Shown: piece by piece, positions 25,685 to 38,600 of the stretch
Position numbering within the stretch: the stretch's first letter is position 1
How the letters are laid out: every line of letters starts with the position of its first letter
From: Camelus ferus
Lineage: Eukaryota
Reading direction: 5' to 3'
Length of the DNA stretch: 64,000 nt
Assembly: GCF_009834535.1 (NCBI RefSeq)
Contig: NC_045712.1
Coordinates: 39,060,001-39,124,000, forward strand
Notes under the pieces: generated by a model
Database searches by the model: none
Told to the model about the DNA's origin: nothing
Seen by the model: the letters and a program-made list of their open reading frames with translations, nothing else
Program-made: the position numbers and the translations under genes

Positions 25685-27872
25685 ATTAGCATTTCTGTAT
25701 GTTGACTACCCACCACGTATTGGGTGTGACAGGGGCTGTGTCACACAGGGAGGGCGAGGCCCCCGCGACTCACTGGTGTGCACGGCGTCCTGCAGGAGGG
25801 GTCCGCACAGGGGTCTCCCTGACTCCCAAGCGTGTGCTCCCCTGTCGTCCCCGCACGTTCACAGGGCGCCACCTGGAGTGCAGCGTGGGGAGAGACAGCT
25901 CTGTGTGGAGTGAAGACTCTAGAACTTCACTGTCAGCCCTGACACGCCGTCCCTGAATGTCCATTTCTTGCCCTTGAAGTGACTGACTTTAATTTAAAGG
26001 CTCTGTCAGCTTCTTTCAGCTCTAAAGTCTCTATGCCAGGCATCACTGTCCCCCAGGTGGTCCTGACATGGAAACTTTAGCTTCTGTTTCCCCCTGTACG
26101 TGCCCAGTTAAGCTTCATAATGACTGGAGTGTGGTAGGAATAAAGGAAGACGACGTCCTGGGGGAGGAGGAAGGAGCATGAACCTTCCAGGGACCCCGGA
26201 GATGCGGTAGCACCAGCAGCCCCTCGACAGGGCACGTTTCACTGGCCACGTCCAGACAGGGCCTTGGCAAATTCAGGCTGGTCCAGAACAGGCAGGCAGA
26301 CTCAATGGAACGGGATAGAACTTTTGTCCAGTGGTGTCAGAGAAGCACCAGGTACCTTTACCTCGTAGTTGGGACTTAAGGAAGTGTGATTAAATATGAC
26401 TAGTTTTCAACTCATTTAGTTCTGCACTGAACAAATTGTGTTCCCGTGGCCACAGCATCTAAATTAGAAGAGGAAAAAAACACTAGAAAGAAAAGAAAAG
26501 ATTTAGAGGGAAGAAGACAAAGTCTGTGAATGAAGAACTGTCTTTGGAGTCACAGCCTCATGTCACATACGTGCCTTAAGCCACTGCCACTGCCATGAAG
26601 GGGAAGAACTCTCCTCCCCTCTTGTAACTGTGGCTTGAGATCCCCACTGCCATCGGGCCTTGGAGACGTTTTTTTCAACTTCAGAGATTCTTCCAGTGTC
26701 CACTGTACCTGTGTATCTCTGAATATAAACAGAGGGGCAGGGAGGCCAGGAAGTAAGGGACATTGGAGTTGGTTGGGACTGCAGTCCTGCAGGACTTCCC
26801 CACCTGGAGTCTCCTGAGCCCCGCCCTCCTGGCCTGGTGGGGTCAGGTGAGGGCTCAGGGCTCAGGGCTCCTGGCTCAGCTCTGTCTCCAACAAGCCAGA
26901 CATCAGGCAGGTGACTCCAGGAGGCTACTTTTGTGCCCTTTCACTGTGGTAGACCCACCAGCCTTACGGTCCCCGGAGCGCATCACACTGGCCTCTGTGG
27001 CTCATGACTTGAAGGGCACAAATGTGTGTTTCTCCAGCGTGATTTGAATTCTCACTTGATGGTGCAGTTCAAGTAAATGAAGTAAGGACATAGTGAAGCA
27101 AAAGCATATAGTCTCAGGGCATCACTTTGCTTCTAGGCCTTAGAGAACATTTCTGGGCACACAGTTACTAAGTGTTGCCTGGTTTTTTTGACTTGTCAAG
27201 GGATCAGAATAATCATTGAAAAACAAAACAAACTCCAAATAAAGCATAACCCTCCTAGAGGTTGCACTTACTTTCACAGTCATCAAAGCTGGCCTAGAGA
27301 CTGCTGTGTGCATGAAATGTGCCCCTGACTGGGGTGAGGACAAGCCGTACCAGCTCTGTGTTGGACAGTGGCACCCGCTGCGGTATCGGGAACGCAGAGA
27401 TTTTACAGCTAAGAGAAGCTGACGGAGCCTTGTACTTCAGGTCAGACCCTTCAAGGGCCACGAGCTTTAATGCTGGGCGAGATGTGTCCTCTGGTGACAC
27501 AGGGACTGCCAAAGCCTTGAAAGCCAGCTTTCTCACCCCAGTGACAGATGACAACCTCGTGACTCAGTGTTCTTCACCTGTGAAGAGCCTCTTCTGTTCA
27601 CAAGTCCCTACGGTGGAGATTGTATTTTTAAAGGGCAGAGCTGATGAAGCATTCGGCTTGATGTACTTGTAACCCTTTAAATTGCTTCCTTCTATTCATT
27701 TAGTCTACTTGGCATTTTTCCCAAACCACTGTTTCATTAAGTGATGAAATAGAGGAAGAAAAGGTAAAACACTTTTCATGTTTTTATAGTAACCAATTAC
27801 CCTTACCTCTCTGATTGTTTTAATTGATTCTCCTAACGTTTTTTCCTATTGCTTTTTACCACTGCACACATC

Positions 27873-27918
27873 ATTTATTTATTTATTTATTTATTTAATT
27901 ATTTATTTATTTATTTAT
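27873..27918. repeat. (ATTT)n microsatellite, probably derived from the adjacent L1 poly(A) tail
   Basis: Read directly; abuts the 3' end of the minus-strand L1. Confidence 0.9.
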
Positions 27919-27919
27919 G

Positions 27920-29147
27920 GCTGTATTTTTTTTTATTGAAGTATGGTTAGTTACAGTGTGTCAATTTCTGGTGTACAGCATAATGTCCCAGTCATGCATA
28001 TACATGCATATATTCATTTTCATATTCTTTTTCATTGAATGTTATTACAAGATATTGAATATAGTTCCCTGTGCTATACAGAAGAAATTTGTATTTTTTA
28101 TCTGTTTTTATATCTAGTGGCTAACATTTGCAAATCTCAGACTCCCAATTTTACATCTTCCCACCTCTTTCCCCTGCTAACCATAAGATTGTTTACTATG
28201 CCTACAATTCTGTTTCTGTTTTGTAGCTGAGTTCATTAGTGTCCTATTTTTTTCTTTTTTTAGATTCTGCATATGAGTGATATCATATGGTATTTTTCTT
28301 CCTGGCTAACTTCANNNNNNNNNNNNNNNNNNNNNNNNNNNNNNNNNNNNNNNNNNNNNNNNNNNNNNNNNNNNNNNNNNNNNNNNNNNNNNNNNNNNNN
28401 NNNNNNNNNNNNNNNNNNNNNNNNNNNNNNNNNNNNNNNNNNNNNNNNNNNNNNNNNNNNNNNNNNNNNTAGTGCTGCTGTGAATATTTGGGTACATGTA
28501 TCTTTTCAAATTAGAGTTCCCTCCAGATATAAGCCCAGGAGTAGGATTGCTGGATCATATGGTAAGTCTATTTTTAGTTTTTTGGGGGGGAACCTCAGTA
28601 CTGTTTCCTATAGTGGCTGCAACAGGCTACATTCCCACCAGCAGTGTAGGAGGGCTCCCTTTTCTGCACACCCTCTCCAGCATTTATTGTNNNNNNNNNN
28701 NNNNNNNNNNNNNNNNNNNNNNNNNNNNNNNNNNNNNNNNNNNNNNNNNNNNNNNNNNNNNNNNNNNNNNNNNNNNNNNNNNNNNNNNNNNNNNNNNNNN
28801 NNNNNNNNNNNNNNNNNNNNNNNNNNNNNNNNNNNNNNNNTTAGGTCTTCTGCCCATTTTTGGATGGAGTTGTTTGTTTTTTCTTACTGAGTTGTATGAG
28901 CTGTTTATATATTCTGGAAATTAAACCTTCGTCAGTTGCATCATTTGCAGATATTTTCTCCCATTCCGTAGGTTGTCATTTTGTTTCGCTTATGGTTTCC
29001 TTTGCTGTGCAAAAGCTTATAAATTTAATTAGGTCTCATTTGTTTACTTTTGCTTTTATTTCTATTGCTTGGGTAGACTGCCCTAGGAGAACATTGCTAA
29101 GATTATGTCAGAGAATGTTTTGTCTGTGCTCTGTTCTAGGAGGTTTA
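27920..29147 (-). mobile_element. 5'-truncated artiodactyl/camelid L1 (about 1.2 kb), with N-runs 28315-28469 and 28691-28840
   Basis: ttttattgaagtatggttagttacagtgtgtcaatttctggtgtacagc...ggattgctggatcatatggtaag...ttaggtcttctgcccatttt...ttctaggaggttta. Possible degenerate TSD around ctgcaca (near 27862 and 29152). Confidence 0.92.
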
Positions 29148-29689
29148 CACCCTGCACATAGATTTCAACTGTCCATTAACCTTTTAAGCCCAACTCCTCA
29201 TTCACTTAAAATTCACTGATCTTGAGAAATAGGCCAAATGAACAGACCAGAGGCCCAGGCTCTCTGTGATGGTGGTGACTCCCTGTTGCGCCCTGTGTGT
29301 GGGTCCTCCATGCACCAGGCGCAGACCCCGGTGGGGAGGGCATGTGCTGGTGTCACGAATGCTGCCCTCCACGACTGCATCACTCAGGGTCTGGCAGTGA
29401 CCCACTGGCATTAGGGTCTGAAGGCTCCACGAGAAGCCGTCTTGAAACTATTGAGACAAAGGCAAATTTCGTGAAGCTTTCTCATCTTTGAATGAATATT
29501 CATATGAATTAATTGGTTAAATAATTAAAGTCTTCAGTCTTTCTGCACATGCTGTACCCAAGGGCAGCACACATCAGCCTGAGGACCAAAGCCTCCCGCT
29601 GTCTGTTAATGAAGTGGCGAGGAGACGCAGCCGTGCCTGTTTCTTTGTGTACTGACCATGGTTGTTAGTCACGCCGCAGGGAATGGATG

Positions 29690-29773
29690 GCAGAGTTGAC
29701 TAGTTGTGCCAGAGACATGTGGCAGCAAAACCTAAAATATGGCCCTCTAAGAAATTTGCTGATCCCACTCTAG
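29690..29773. mobile_element. MER58-like hAT MITE terminal fragment
   Basis: gagacatgtggcagcaaaacctaaaatatggccctctaagaaatttgctgatccc. Confidence 0.55.
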
Positions 29774-30984
29774 ACGAAGAGAATCTGTCTTTTGGTTTCT
29801 GTAGAGGAGTAGTGCATGCATATGGGGGGGGGGCAGAGTCACAAAGTCCAAACAGTGTAATAAAGTGAAAAGCAGAAGTCTCCCCCTGCACCGTGCTTTT
29901 TCTCACTGCCCAGAGGCGATCCCTGCTAATGATTTCTGGTTTGGGTTCCCCTCTGTAGTCATCATTGTAACTTTAAGAGATGTGCTTCCTTTTCTTGATC
30001 TGTCAGCTTAGACAACACCTGTTGCTCTGAAAGAATTATTGAGCCCACTTATGTGACTTCCCACTTTATCCTCTCAATTTTTATTGTAATATTATTTTGT
30101 AAATTGTTATAGAACTTGCCTTAGAACTTTCAGAAATTGACTTAATGCATGTGTTTCTGGATTTGTCAACTTTGTCTCTTAATTTTGTCCTCTCCTTGAA
30201 GATGAGGCTGTTAACATAATTCATCTTCCCTTGGCTTCTCCTACCCTCTACATCTTCCCGTGTTTGCTGGCTCCTTTGTTTTTCTACCACAAATTATAAT
30301 TACAATTGGCAATGATTTGTCTCCCAGCTGATTGTAAGAGCAGAAGAATGAACATTTATAATATTATGAATATTATATACTGTTTAACCAAAGAGTGTTA
30401 CTAAACCTGAAGAGAAGGAAGTATAATCCTAGGATTAACACTTAGCTTCTTAAAAGAGAATCTTCTAAGCATTCAAATCCAAAGGGTCATCCTTTCTCTT
30501 AGCCTCTTACAGGATGCTACTGTTTCTCATTTCCCATGTCATCCTGTTAGATTCCGTTTTCATGTTCCTGGACTAACTCCTCAGGTTGTCTTGTTTTTCA
30601 TATAGCAACACGGGCAGTAAACTTTGAGCTCCGACGTTGTCCTCTGGGGTTAGCTCTGTTGTCTTGGTCATTGTGTTGGTGGTCCTCTGCTGTGTGGCAC
30701 TCTGTGGTGGTTGGGTTGGTGAGAACGGGAGCTGCCGTGGCTTCCCTCTGCCTGTGTGGGTGTGCAGGTCTGCTCCCTAGAAGGCGTCCCCAGTGATAGG
30801 ATGTTCTACAGGAGGAGGGTCCCTGGAAGCTTCAGGAGCAGGGAGCAGACTGGGGGATTTGACAGGCCTCACTCTGAGTCGGAAGAACTTGAGTGTCTGT
30901 CATCCTGAACAGCAGTAACCCTCCCTCCTTGTTTGGCTTTTCTTGTTGTGGGGGAGGGGTTGTTGCAGTTTTTGGCCTGTGAGT

Positions 30985-31125
30985 CTTTTATTTTAATTGT
31001 GGAAAAAGTACATAATGTACAGTTTACCATCTTAACCATTTTGAAGTGTAAAGTATAGTAGTGTTAACAGTATGCACATTGTGCAACAGATTTTCATCTT
31101 GCAAAACTGAAACTCTCTACCCTCT
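30985..31125 (-). mobile_element. L1MB-like extreme 3' end
   Basis: tttaccatcttaaccattttgaagtgtaaagtatagtagtgttaac...catcttgcaaaactgaaactct. Confidence 0.8.
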
Positions 31126-31139
31126 TTTTAAATGAAATG

Positions 31140-34100
31140 TAATTTCTCTTTATCTGCTTGATAAAATTCTCAAATGAAGGCATCTGGTTCTGGGCTTTTT
31201 TTTTTTTTTTTTTAATTACTGTTTCAGTCTCCTTGCTAGTTATGTATCTGTTCAGATTTTATTCATGATTCAGTCTTTGTTGGTTGTATGTTTCTAGGAG
31301 TTTATTCATTTTTTTTCTAGGTTATCCAATTTATTGGCATATAATTGTTCATGCTAGTCTCTTATAATTCTTTTTATTTCTGGCATCGGTTATATGTCCT
31401 CTTTCATTTCTGATTTTTGTTATTTGAGCCCGCCCTTTTTTTGTTAATCAAGCTAAGAGTTTGTTGAGCTTCTCAAAAAACCAACTCTTAGGTTCACTGA
31501 TCTTTTTCTATTGCTTTTTATTTTCTGATTTATTTTTCTCTAATCATTATTATCTTTTCTGCTACCTTTGGGTAGCATTTGTTCTTCTTTTTCTAGTTTC
31601 TTGAAATATAAGGTTGGGTTGTTGAATTGACATATTTCTTTTTTAATGTAGGTATTTACTACTATAAATGACCTTCTTAGTTCTGCTTTTGCTGAATCCC
31701 ATAAATGTTGATATTTTCATTTATCTCAAAATATTTTCTAATTTCCCTGTGATTTCTTCTTTGGCCCATTGATTATTCAAGAATGTGCTGTTTAATTTTC
31801 ACATTTGTTAATTTTTTGGTTTTCCTTCTGCTGTTGATCTCTAGTTTAATTCCATTGTTGTCTAAAAAGATAATTGATATTGTTTCAATCTTCTTAAATT
31901 TGTTAAGATTTTTTTTTGGCTTGACAGGTGATCTATCCTAGAGAATATCCCATGTGTGCTGTAGAAGAGCGTGTGTTCTGCTGCTGTTGGGTGCAGCGTT
32001 CTGTGTGTGTCTGATAGGCCCAGTTGGTCTGCAGTGCTGTTCAGGTCCTTTATTTCCTTATTGATCTTCTGTCTGGTTACTCTATCCATTATTGAGAGTG
32101 AGGTATTTAAGGCTCCTACTATTATTCATTATTGTCTATTTTTTTCCTTCAGTCCTGTCAATTTTTGCTTCATATATGTGGTACTCTGATGGTAGGGGTA
32201 TATATGTATAACTAGTATATCTTCCTGATGAATTGACCCTTTATCATTATGTAATGTCCTTCTTTGTTTCTTATCTCAGTCTTTTACCTGATATAAGTAG
32301 GACCACTTCTGCTCTTTTTTTTTTTTTTTTGGTTACCATTTGCATGGAATATCTTTTTCTATCCTTTCATTTTTATCCTGCATGTGTCCTTACATCTAAA
32401 GTGAGTCTCTTATAGATGGCATGTAGTTGGATCTTGTTTTTTTTTTTTTTTTATTCATTCAACCTCTTTATGTCTTTTGATTGGGGAATATAATCTATTT
32501 ATGTTTAAAGTAATAATACTGATAGTAACAAAATTATTACTGCCATTTTATTCATTTCTGTAGGTCTTACAGTTATTTTGTCCTTTTCCTCTCTGGATGT
32601 CTTTTGTGCTTTGTTGATTTTTTGTAGTGACTTGCTTTGATTCCTTTCTCATTTTTCTTTTGTGTATCTTCTATGGGCATTTCTTTGTGGTTACCATGGA
32701 GAGTATATAAAGCATCTTATAATAATCTATTTTAAACTGATGAAAACTACAGTCACATGCAAAATATCTATTTTTTTATATCCCCCCATTTGTGTTATTG
32801 CTGTCACAAATTATGGCTTTTTATATTTTGTGTTCATTCACATAGCTTTATAGTCATAATTATTTTTATGTGCTTATCCTTTAAATCTTATATCAGAATT
32901 AAAAGTAATGTACAGACCACCATAGTTGTATTCTGTATTTGTCCATATATTTACCTTCACCAAAGAGCTTTATATTTTTATATGCTCTTGTGTTGCTGTC
33001 TAGTATTCTTTCATTTCAACTTAATGGACTCCCTTTAGCATTTCTGGTAAGGCAGGTAATGGTGATAAATTCCCTTAGCTTTTGTTTATCTTGAAAGGTC
33101 TTTATTTTTCTTTTATTTTTGAAGGAAGTTTTGCCAGATATAGTATTCCTGGTTGACAGGTTTTTATTTTCCGCCCTTTGAGTATATCATCTTACTCCCT
33201 TCTGGCCTGTATTTTTTCTGCTAAGAACTCTGATAATCTTATGGGACCTCCCTTGTACATGATGTGACAAGTCTTGCTGCTTTCAAGATTCTCTTTGTCC
33301 TTTGACAGTTTGATTATAGTTATCTTGGTTTGGGCTTCTTTGGGTTCATCCTACTTGGAGTCTTTTGAGTTTCTTGAATTGAGATGTCCACTTCATTCTT
33401 CAGGTTTGGGAAGTTTTCAACCATTATTTCTTCGAATAAGCTCTCTGCCTCTTTCTCTTTCTTCTCTTTCTTAGATTCCCATAATGCATATATTGATGTG
33501 CTTGATAGTGTCCCTTAAATACCTTAAGCTTTCTTCATCTTTCTTGATTCTTTTTTCTTTTTGCTCTTCTGACTTAATACTTTCAAATGGCCTGTCTTAG
33601 ATTTCATGGATTTTCTTTTCCCCTGCTTGAACAAGTTTGATGTTGAACCCATCCAGTGAATGTCTCAATTCTGTTACTGCATTCTTCAGCTCCAGAATTT
33701 CTGTTTGGTTCCTTTTTTATAGTTTCTATGTCTTTGTTGAGATTTTCATTTTGCTCATGTGTCATTTTTCTGATTTCAGTTAGTTGTCTGTGTTCTCTTG
33801 TAGTTCACTGAGCTTCTTTAGGATGATTGTTTTGCATTCTTTGCCATATAATTCATAGATCTCTGTTTCTTTATGGTCATTTTTTTGAGATTTATTGTTT
33901 TCCTTTGATTATACCGTATTTCCCTCTTTGTTCATGTTCCTTGTTATTTTTTGCTGAGATTTGAAAAAGCAGCCGCCTCTTCTGGTCTTTATAGACTAGC
34001 TTTCTACAGGCAAAGACCTCCCCCAGTCAACCCAACTAGAGATTCTGGGAATGTCTCAAACCTTTCCTGGGGATGTGTTTTTTCTGGACTTGTGCATGTA

Positions 34101-34570
34101 GTTTCCCAGTTAAGGAGGTCAGCTGGTTTCTTTTTTAGGAGTTTGTATTCTCTTGCTCCCTCTGGTGTCTGTCTTCAGTACCGCGGGTTCTCTGGTACTT
34201 CAACAAGCCTCCCATCTCTCCTTTGTTCTCATTGGCCCCCCAGGCATCCAAAGTATGTAGAATCCTCTCCAGTGCTCTGAGTATATTGAGACAGAAACCA
34301 GTTCCTAGGGAAATCCTTGAAAAGTTTGAACATTGGATGTACGTTCCACTCTTCTCTCTCCCCCTTGGAGGAGAAACCACAAGCTGGGTGTTTTCTCCTA
34401 ATTGTGTTGAGTGTGCCAGCTTGGAGAAAAGTTATCAGAGGAGAAATCCAGCAGCTTTTCTTACTCATTTTAATGCAGCTGTTCTTGGCTTTGGGCTTGC
34501 CCAGAATCCTGTACTTCTTAGCTGTTTTCTGGAGTTCTCACAAAGGCTTTTTGGACTGTATATTGTTGTT
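31140..34570 (-). mobile_element. Decayed L1: endonuclease region of ORF2, ORF1 and 5'UTR
   Basis: ORF 31862-32089(-) DRVTRQKINKEIKDLNSTADQLGLSDTHRTLHPTAAEHTLFYSTHGIFSRIDH is an L1 APE-endonuclease remnant. Continuous antisense L1 text with many stops and frameshifts. Confidence 0.9.
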
Positions 34571-34649
34571 AAATCAGTGTCTCTGTCAGGGAACAAGGTT
34601 TGGGGCTTCCTGTCCTGCCATGTTGCTAATATCACCCTGGCCTCCACGT

Positions 34650-35135
34650 GTTCAGTAGGAGTCTGGCATGACATTGTGCTCAGCTTCCCTCTTGGCCCCA
34701 GCAACCCCACACAAAGAACCCTTCCAGAAGACCACATGCTTTCTTTAAAGGGTAGGTCTTTGGCTCTAGTGCAAGAGTAGAACTTGCAGTCACTATGTTA
34801 CAAGGTGGCATGAGAAAGTGTTCCTACAGCCCCATCTTTTCTAAAGGCAGTTCTTCCACGCATTCACTTTGGTGCTGACTCCCTGCCCTACTCCTGTCTT
34901 TTGTGGGGTTGAATCTGATGTTGGCCTCCCTTGGAGGCTCCTTGGGAGGACCTGCCTTTGTCTCAGGAGATGTGAGCTGCACTTTCCACTCCATAAGTCC
35001 TATATTCAGAAGTTTTGGCAAATTCTCTTGTTTTCCAGTCTCATTCTTTTTAGACTGTATCATTCTGTCATTTCAGGGGACCGTGGGGAGGTAGTTGATG
35101 TGCATGCTTGAACTACTACCTTAAAATGAAAATCC
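34650..35135 (-). mobile_element. Possible ancient L1ME/HAL1 5' end
   Basis: Ends in agttgatgtgcatgcttgaactactaccttaaaatgaaaatcc, similar to L1ME 5' termini; weak. Confidence 0.4.
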
Positions 35136-37859
35136 CTGAGGTTTGTTTTTCCTTAAGTGCTTAATTCTATAATTTTTTAAATCTCAGCTTCATTAATCAA
35201 TTTTTATTGGCATTTGACTTTTAATTTGTCTGATAATCAGCAGAGGATGCATTTTTTGAAGGAGTCTCTTTTATTCACTGGGCTCTGAATGGAAAAAGGT
35301 AATGCAGCCAACATACCACTGTAGAAGTCGAATTAGCTTTTCAGGATTCCAAGAATTCAACTCTCATTTGCATTTTCTGTTTCAAAAGAGACAGGGTTGT
35401 GGACACATTGCACAAACACAGCTGCTACTGTCAATCATATCATGAATTTTCTAGTTTTTGTAAAATAAAACAGTTCCACTCACTCTCTGTGCACCTGGCA
35501 TGAGACTCCCAAGTGTCTGACAGCCCTGCCGTGACCACAGGTGAGCAACACAGTGATGGCAGAGTAGGCAATACTTTACCGCTGGCACCAGAAAACAGTA
35601 GCTTCTGCGTGCTTATTTTCTCTGGTCCTGTTCTTTTTCTCTTTTCCAACTGAGACACCCTATAATCATTATTTGAAGCATATCGTTATGGGTAGCCAAC
35701 TTCTTTGTATTTATTAGTTTCAAAATTCTGCCCATCTCCCACCCCACCCCTCCCTGTTTCTTTCCTCCTTTACACTGTTTAGGATATAATTTTGTGAGTT
35801 TCACTTTAAAAGAAGATTGTTGGTGAAGAATCACAATCCTGGCCCACAAGATGTCTTCTCTTTTCATATACTGGCTATGAAAAGCCAGTCCAACTATTCA
35901 TTTCAAGTGTGTTTTTCTTTAAATCCAAGCAGATTTGTATTTTACCATAGGTTTTCTTTTATTTATGAAAACAAGTAAAAATAGCTAAAATGCCTTTTGC
36001 ATTTTTTTTTCTCAGTTCAGTTAGCAGAGAGTGGTTCCCAGCCTGGAAACAGATTTTCTGTATGGAAAGTATAAACAAGATTTTTTAAACTGATCTTTTG
36101 AAATCGTTCTATAAATGTCATTTAGGTTTCTAGGGTAGACTACAAAAGCTTACTTAACACATCACGATGCTGAACTTGAATTCTGGATCCTGGGTACAAG
36201 AACCCAGTAAGAAGGAAGGGGAGTGTGTGTCTGATTTATCCCTTCCTGAGTATTCAGCGTTGGTTCCTCTCTGCTTCTCTTTACCCATCTTCCTTGAGGC
36301 TGGTACCCTGTGTTGAAGCTGCAGTGGTGTCTTCCTCACCCCTCTCCCAAGTACTCAAGGTTATTGGGGGTGGAGGGAGTACAGAGAGTGATTGCCAGCA
36401 CCAGCTAATTAACTTAATTAACTTAATTCTGTGAATGGTGATCATCCTTAACCCTCTGAGGTATATTTTCACTTTTTAAAGATGATGTGCCTTAAGCCAG
36501 ATGAACCTATAATTGGTGGAATTTCTGAGAGTGTAGCAAAGTCAGTGGGGGGAACCGGTATGACAGAAGATTTTGAGAGATAAGGTGGGAGAAGGCCACT
36601 GTCTGAGCAGTCTGGCCCTGCATCCATGCGCTGTGTGTATTTGCAGCGTGGGTGAATCCAAAGTGATTGCTTCCCCCAGTTTCCTGGACTTTCGATTAAA
36701 AGGCAGACTCTCTGAGCTGCAACTTGTCTGGTCGGGATTGTTTACTGGGCACGTGGGCAGCGGTGACCAGGTGGGTGAAGAGCCTGGCAGGGCACAGGGA
36801 ATTCTTTGTTAAGTGTGGAGTGGGATCCCTGTGCTCTTTTGCATATAAGTGTTCTTTCCCAAGTAAATGCATGTCTGTTAAAGACTGAAGATAACGAGAT
36901 TGCCGAGTGCTGCCATCCAAACAAAATTTCATTGTGAAGATGTTGATGTGTTTTCTCCTAGTCAAGTTAATAAAGTTGGCGTTTTCGTTGTTTTTTGACA
37001 CTTTTTTCTTTTTTTTGCTGAGGTTTATGATTATCTGTTTTGAGGAAAGGCTATTTATTGATGATTTATGATTAGATCTCTGAAGGAAAAGTGAGAACAC
37101 TGTGTAATTCTCACATGTCTTTCCTCATGTGAAGCATTGAATTGCATATTCTGAGCAATAAATTTCTTCTAGAATTCTTCTCTTAAGCCTCAAATTAGTG
37201 CCCTTACATGCTTTTGTTCCTGGTGGCCAGCCCTCCCTCCTCGACAGGGACAGTGTCAGACCACCTGTTAATGGCCAAGCCCTTGCCTGGCCCGGCGCCC
37301 TGCGTCTGGGCCTTGGAACTTCTTCCAGGATCTTCACCTTTGATTCTTTTCTCACTTCCTCCCTGGAAGCATTTCATCATATTTAGGATTTGACCTTTAG
37401 AGAACAAACCCCTGGCCAGCCCAGGTCTCCTCCAGCCTCACCTCTCCTTGGCAAGCGGGAGAACCCTGCCGTCAGCCCTTCCCTCCTGTAGCCTGGCTGG
37501 CTGGTCTGTTCTCAGCATCCCCCCACCCACAGTCCTGCTTCTGTGGCCCCTCAGCTGAACCCTCCCACCAGGGCCACCAGAAGCCCTCCTGGTGGTTACA
37601 CCCAAATGTTTCTCCTCAGGCTTCAAGTACTTGGCCTTCAGCACGCACCTCGCCTGGCTCCCTTCTCTCCCCTTGGCTCTGTAATTCTGAGCCTCCTGGG
37701 TTTCCACCCAGCCAGCCTGCTCTCCTCAAGCCTGCCTCTGGCTCCGCCCCTCTGCTAGTCACGCCCGTTTTGGTCCCCGCAACCCCCCCCCCAGTTCCAT
37801 CCTCTGCCATCATCTTGGCTCACCTCATATTTTCTCTCTCGCCTGTTCCCGCGGCTTTA

Positions 37860-38600
37860 TTTGCCGCTCACACGTGGACATCAGTGACTCCCAGATCTCA
37901 GCCTCCAGCCCTCCCGTGAACTTGAGACCCCTCTGTCACACTGTGTGACCAAGTCTCTGCTTAGACAATCCATAGACACCGAAAAAACCCAGCCCACACA
38001 GGCCCCTGCTCCCATCCAGCTGGCTCCTCATCCTGTGCGAATCCTTCAGTGGGTGCGTCACAGCCTCCTATCCAGTCTTCTGCCGATGAGCCCTCAGGTC
38101 ATTCCTGGGGCTTCACCCCGCTGCTCTTCCCCGGCTCAGGTCACGCAGCCGACCTGCCTGCTGACTCGTCCACCCTCCCTGCCACAGATGGAGAGATCCG
38201 ATTGAGTCATTCCCATGTCCGTGCCTTCAGCACCTCCTCACTCCTCAGCCTGGTTACCCGGCTCCTTCGTCACTGGCTCCTAGTTGCTTCTGTGGCCCCC
38301 TCTCTTGACCCTCCCCACCCCCTTGAACAGTTGTCCCCTCTCTGAAACACCTCCTCCCCTTCCCCTGCCTAGCTAACTCCTTCTCATCCATCACGTCTCT
38401 GCTCAAACTTAACTTCCGTCAGCAAGCCGTCTCTCACCTGTGGAAAGTTGGGGTGCTTGGGATATCTGCCGGCCTGAGCACTCCTGGCCCTTGGATGTAG
38501 CCTGGCAGGAACACTTAGGTGTGGTGTCGTGATGGCCACCTCATCTCCCCACCTAGACCGTGAGCCAGGACGCTAGGCATTAATAGAGTGGATGGACACA
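37860..38600 (+). mobile_element. L2 LINE 3' fragment
   Basis: gactcccagatctcagcctccagccc...cctagctaactccttctcatcc...ctgctcaaacttaacttcc...acctagaccgtgagcc. Confidence 0.7.

Noticed and set aside
24475-28924. Long ORFs containing X runs
   Set aside because: They are artefacts of N-runs suppressing stop codons inside L1 remnants.
31862-32089. Functional L1 endonuclease ORF
   Set aside because: Real homology, but a short fragment flanked by stops and frameshifts; non-functional.
34223-34780. 185-aa ORF as a novel gene
   Set aside because: Lies on the antisense strand of a decayed L1 5' region; no recognisable domain or splice context.
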